DNA of 64,000 nt from Takakia lepidozioides (lineage: Eukaryota > Plantae > Bryophyta). The first letter of the stretch is position 1. Each line of letters opens with the position of its first letter. The translations under genes were made by a program, and so were the position numbers. The stretch spans positions 37,262,001 through 37,326,000 of the forward strand of contig CM060732.1 in assembly GCA_030704615.1 (NCBI GenBank), written 5' to 3'. Shown in pieces: positions 62,056 to 64,000 of this stretch. Below the pieces are notes generated by a model, which searched no databases, had not been told where the DNA came from, and saw nothing but the letters and a program-made list of their open reading frames with translations.

Positions 62056-64000
62056 ACGTTCAGGAAATGGAACCCGAGATCTTAACTGACACTTCTTCAT
62101 CAACCTACCACCAGACCACAACCTCCACCACGCCAAACAAACGGAGTTTTCTGCATATATAAGAGAAACGAGGAATAGGGATCGTTTTAATGTAGCGGGG
62201 CCGCTGTCAGGTCCCTGTCCCTGCACCCTGCGGCCTCCTTACGACGAGGCCACACAAAATTCTGAGGCATACCAGTGGCCGGTTATTTGAATTGGCAAGT
62301 AACTGCAGGTTATACCTATCTAGCCATAAAAAGTTTAATAACCGCAACCGGAACCGCCGGTTACGAAAAAAACCAAATAACCGCCCACAACCCCAAAGTG
62401 GACAGGAGCCGAAAGGTGAAGTGACTCTTAGTTATGCTGGCTCTGCAAAAAGACTGTGCTGGCTTGGCCAGAGTCTTCTCTCTACCACACGCCACAAGGT
62501 AACAAAGATTTCAACCCAGACTCAGGATGCACTATCCATTGAGAGCATAAATTCACTACAAAATGTATTATGTAAAGCACTTGTTTGTAGCTATTATAGA
62601 AAATAGGTGCAACTTTCAAACCCAGCTACTTAAAAAAAATCAGGCAGGTATTCAGGAGAAGTTGAATGAGAAGAAAAAAGGGTTGAAGAAAAGGACGCGG
62701 AAACAGGGGACTAAAAAAAAAACCAGCTAGGATTGTATCTAAGATCCAAATAAGCTAAATCAAGTACCCAATCTCACTCATCGCCTGGCCCACCACAACT
62801 GATCAGCAACCAGTCTGTTGCTCCAGACTGCGCTCCAAGCTACCCATCTTTTTTTCTTTTTCTTTTTAATATATGTTTTTAGTCCAACTCTTTTTCTTTT
62901 TTTTACTTCTTATAACAGGAAGGTGGACACCTTCATGACACACCAGACGGTGGTTTGAACCCAACCCCCCATCTTCAGATGTGAATCTTTTCTTTTTTGC
63001 CCTTTTAATCAAATTAAAAAATAAATGTTAACAGCAGTGGAAAAAATAACCAATGAGGGAGGCCGTGGAGGCCAAACTGGGAGAAAAACTTGCTTGTTAG
63101 AGCAGATCAGCCATCTCCACAGCCTCATGTGATACTTGTGGTGTCTCATCAGTCAGGGATGTTTCCAAAGCTCATAAGGCTTCAGTTGTTGGCTGCAGAG
63201 GTTGCTGATTATGAAGCTAATACAGAAAAATATCCCAGTCATTTGCAATGTGACCAACGACTCTGTTGTTGAATGAGTACTCCCTCGTATCTTTCGCCAT
63301 TTTGAGCATAAGAAAAGAAGGGGGACTCCTCCCCAAGGAAATGTACGTTATATCGTGTCGTCTCTTTGTCTCGAAGGATTACTGCCTTCCCTTGGACCTA
63401 TGGCTGATCTGGGAAGAGGCGGTTTGTCTTTGGGTGCAGACTCGCAAGGCAGGGTGTATCACGTGGGTAAGACCCCACCAGCCCTATATGGAAACCGAGG
63501 CCTACATCTCGCTTTTGAAAGAAAGAAACTGAAGGACGGCCCTTGAAGAGACAACATACCACAGATGTGTTTGTGGTTCAAACTAAAAGAAGTGGGTGGG
63601 GCCCTGGACAATCATCTGCTTGACATAAGAGGTGGGAATGTCTAGCGCAATTTCATGGCACGCAGAAAGTTGAATGCATGACGATCTTGCAAGCACGGAC
63701 CAAATCAGGAAGAGGGACAAGGGACGGTGGGTCCTGCTGCAAAGTCAGTCGGTGCAGGCATATCCATGTTGGGGATGCTCTGAATATGGTGGGCAAGCAG
63801 CAGTACATTGGGAGGCGGCAGCTTGGTGGGTCCACTAGCACAGAGCATTTTTGGGGGACCAGAATCTTCATAATGGGATGTCTTGATTCCCTTCCATGTA
63901 ATCTGAACGCTTGCACCCATATGTAATACATTGACCTGGCCTCGTCCACCCGATCCCCTTGACACACTTCAGTACTGCTGCTGATTGCACAGTAAACACT

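Noticed and set aside
62900-64000. Short ORFs at the right edge
   Set aside because: No recognisable domain or consistent exon structure.

Overview
Eukaryotic DNA with many introns, from a land plant (probably non-seed; this is inference). The right third holds two intact host genes facing each other: a phosphoglycerate-mutase-like gene (+, 48011-50623) and granule-bound starch synthase GBSS/waxy (-, 52887-60397, 13 coding exons), with a PPR pseudogene between them. The left ~47 kb is a nest of transposons. The centrepiece is a ~15 kb TIR element ('B', 8612-23559, 8-bp TSD AAACAAGG). It encodes a MULE-type DDE/SWIM transposase with a GCM-like domain. Divergent from that is a spliced gene fusing a ParB/Srx-like domain (WDGNHR) to a beta-class DNA amino-methyltransferase fold, and the element carries dozens of copies of its own 22-bp palindrome. 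B sits inside the ParB-MTase gene of a diverged sister element ('A', ~2.2-35.4 kb) with the same layout but a different 36-bp palindrome. A appears to sit inside the ParB-like gene of a third element ('C') with an unrelated Sola1-like transposase and a third palindrome. A Ty3/gypsy chromovirus, a solo LTR and an integrase remnant complete the nest. The recurring module 'transposase + divergent ParB(-MTase) gene + element-specific palindrome' is the main candidate for an undescribed system. Domain calls come from motif recognition by eye; no searches were run.
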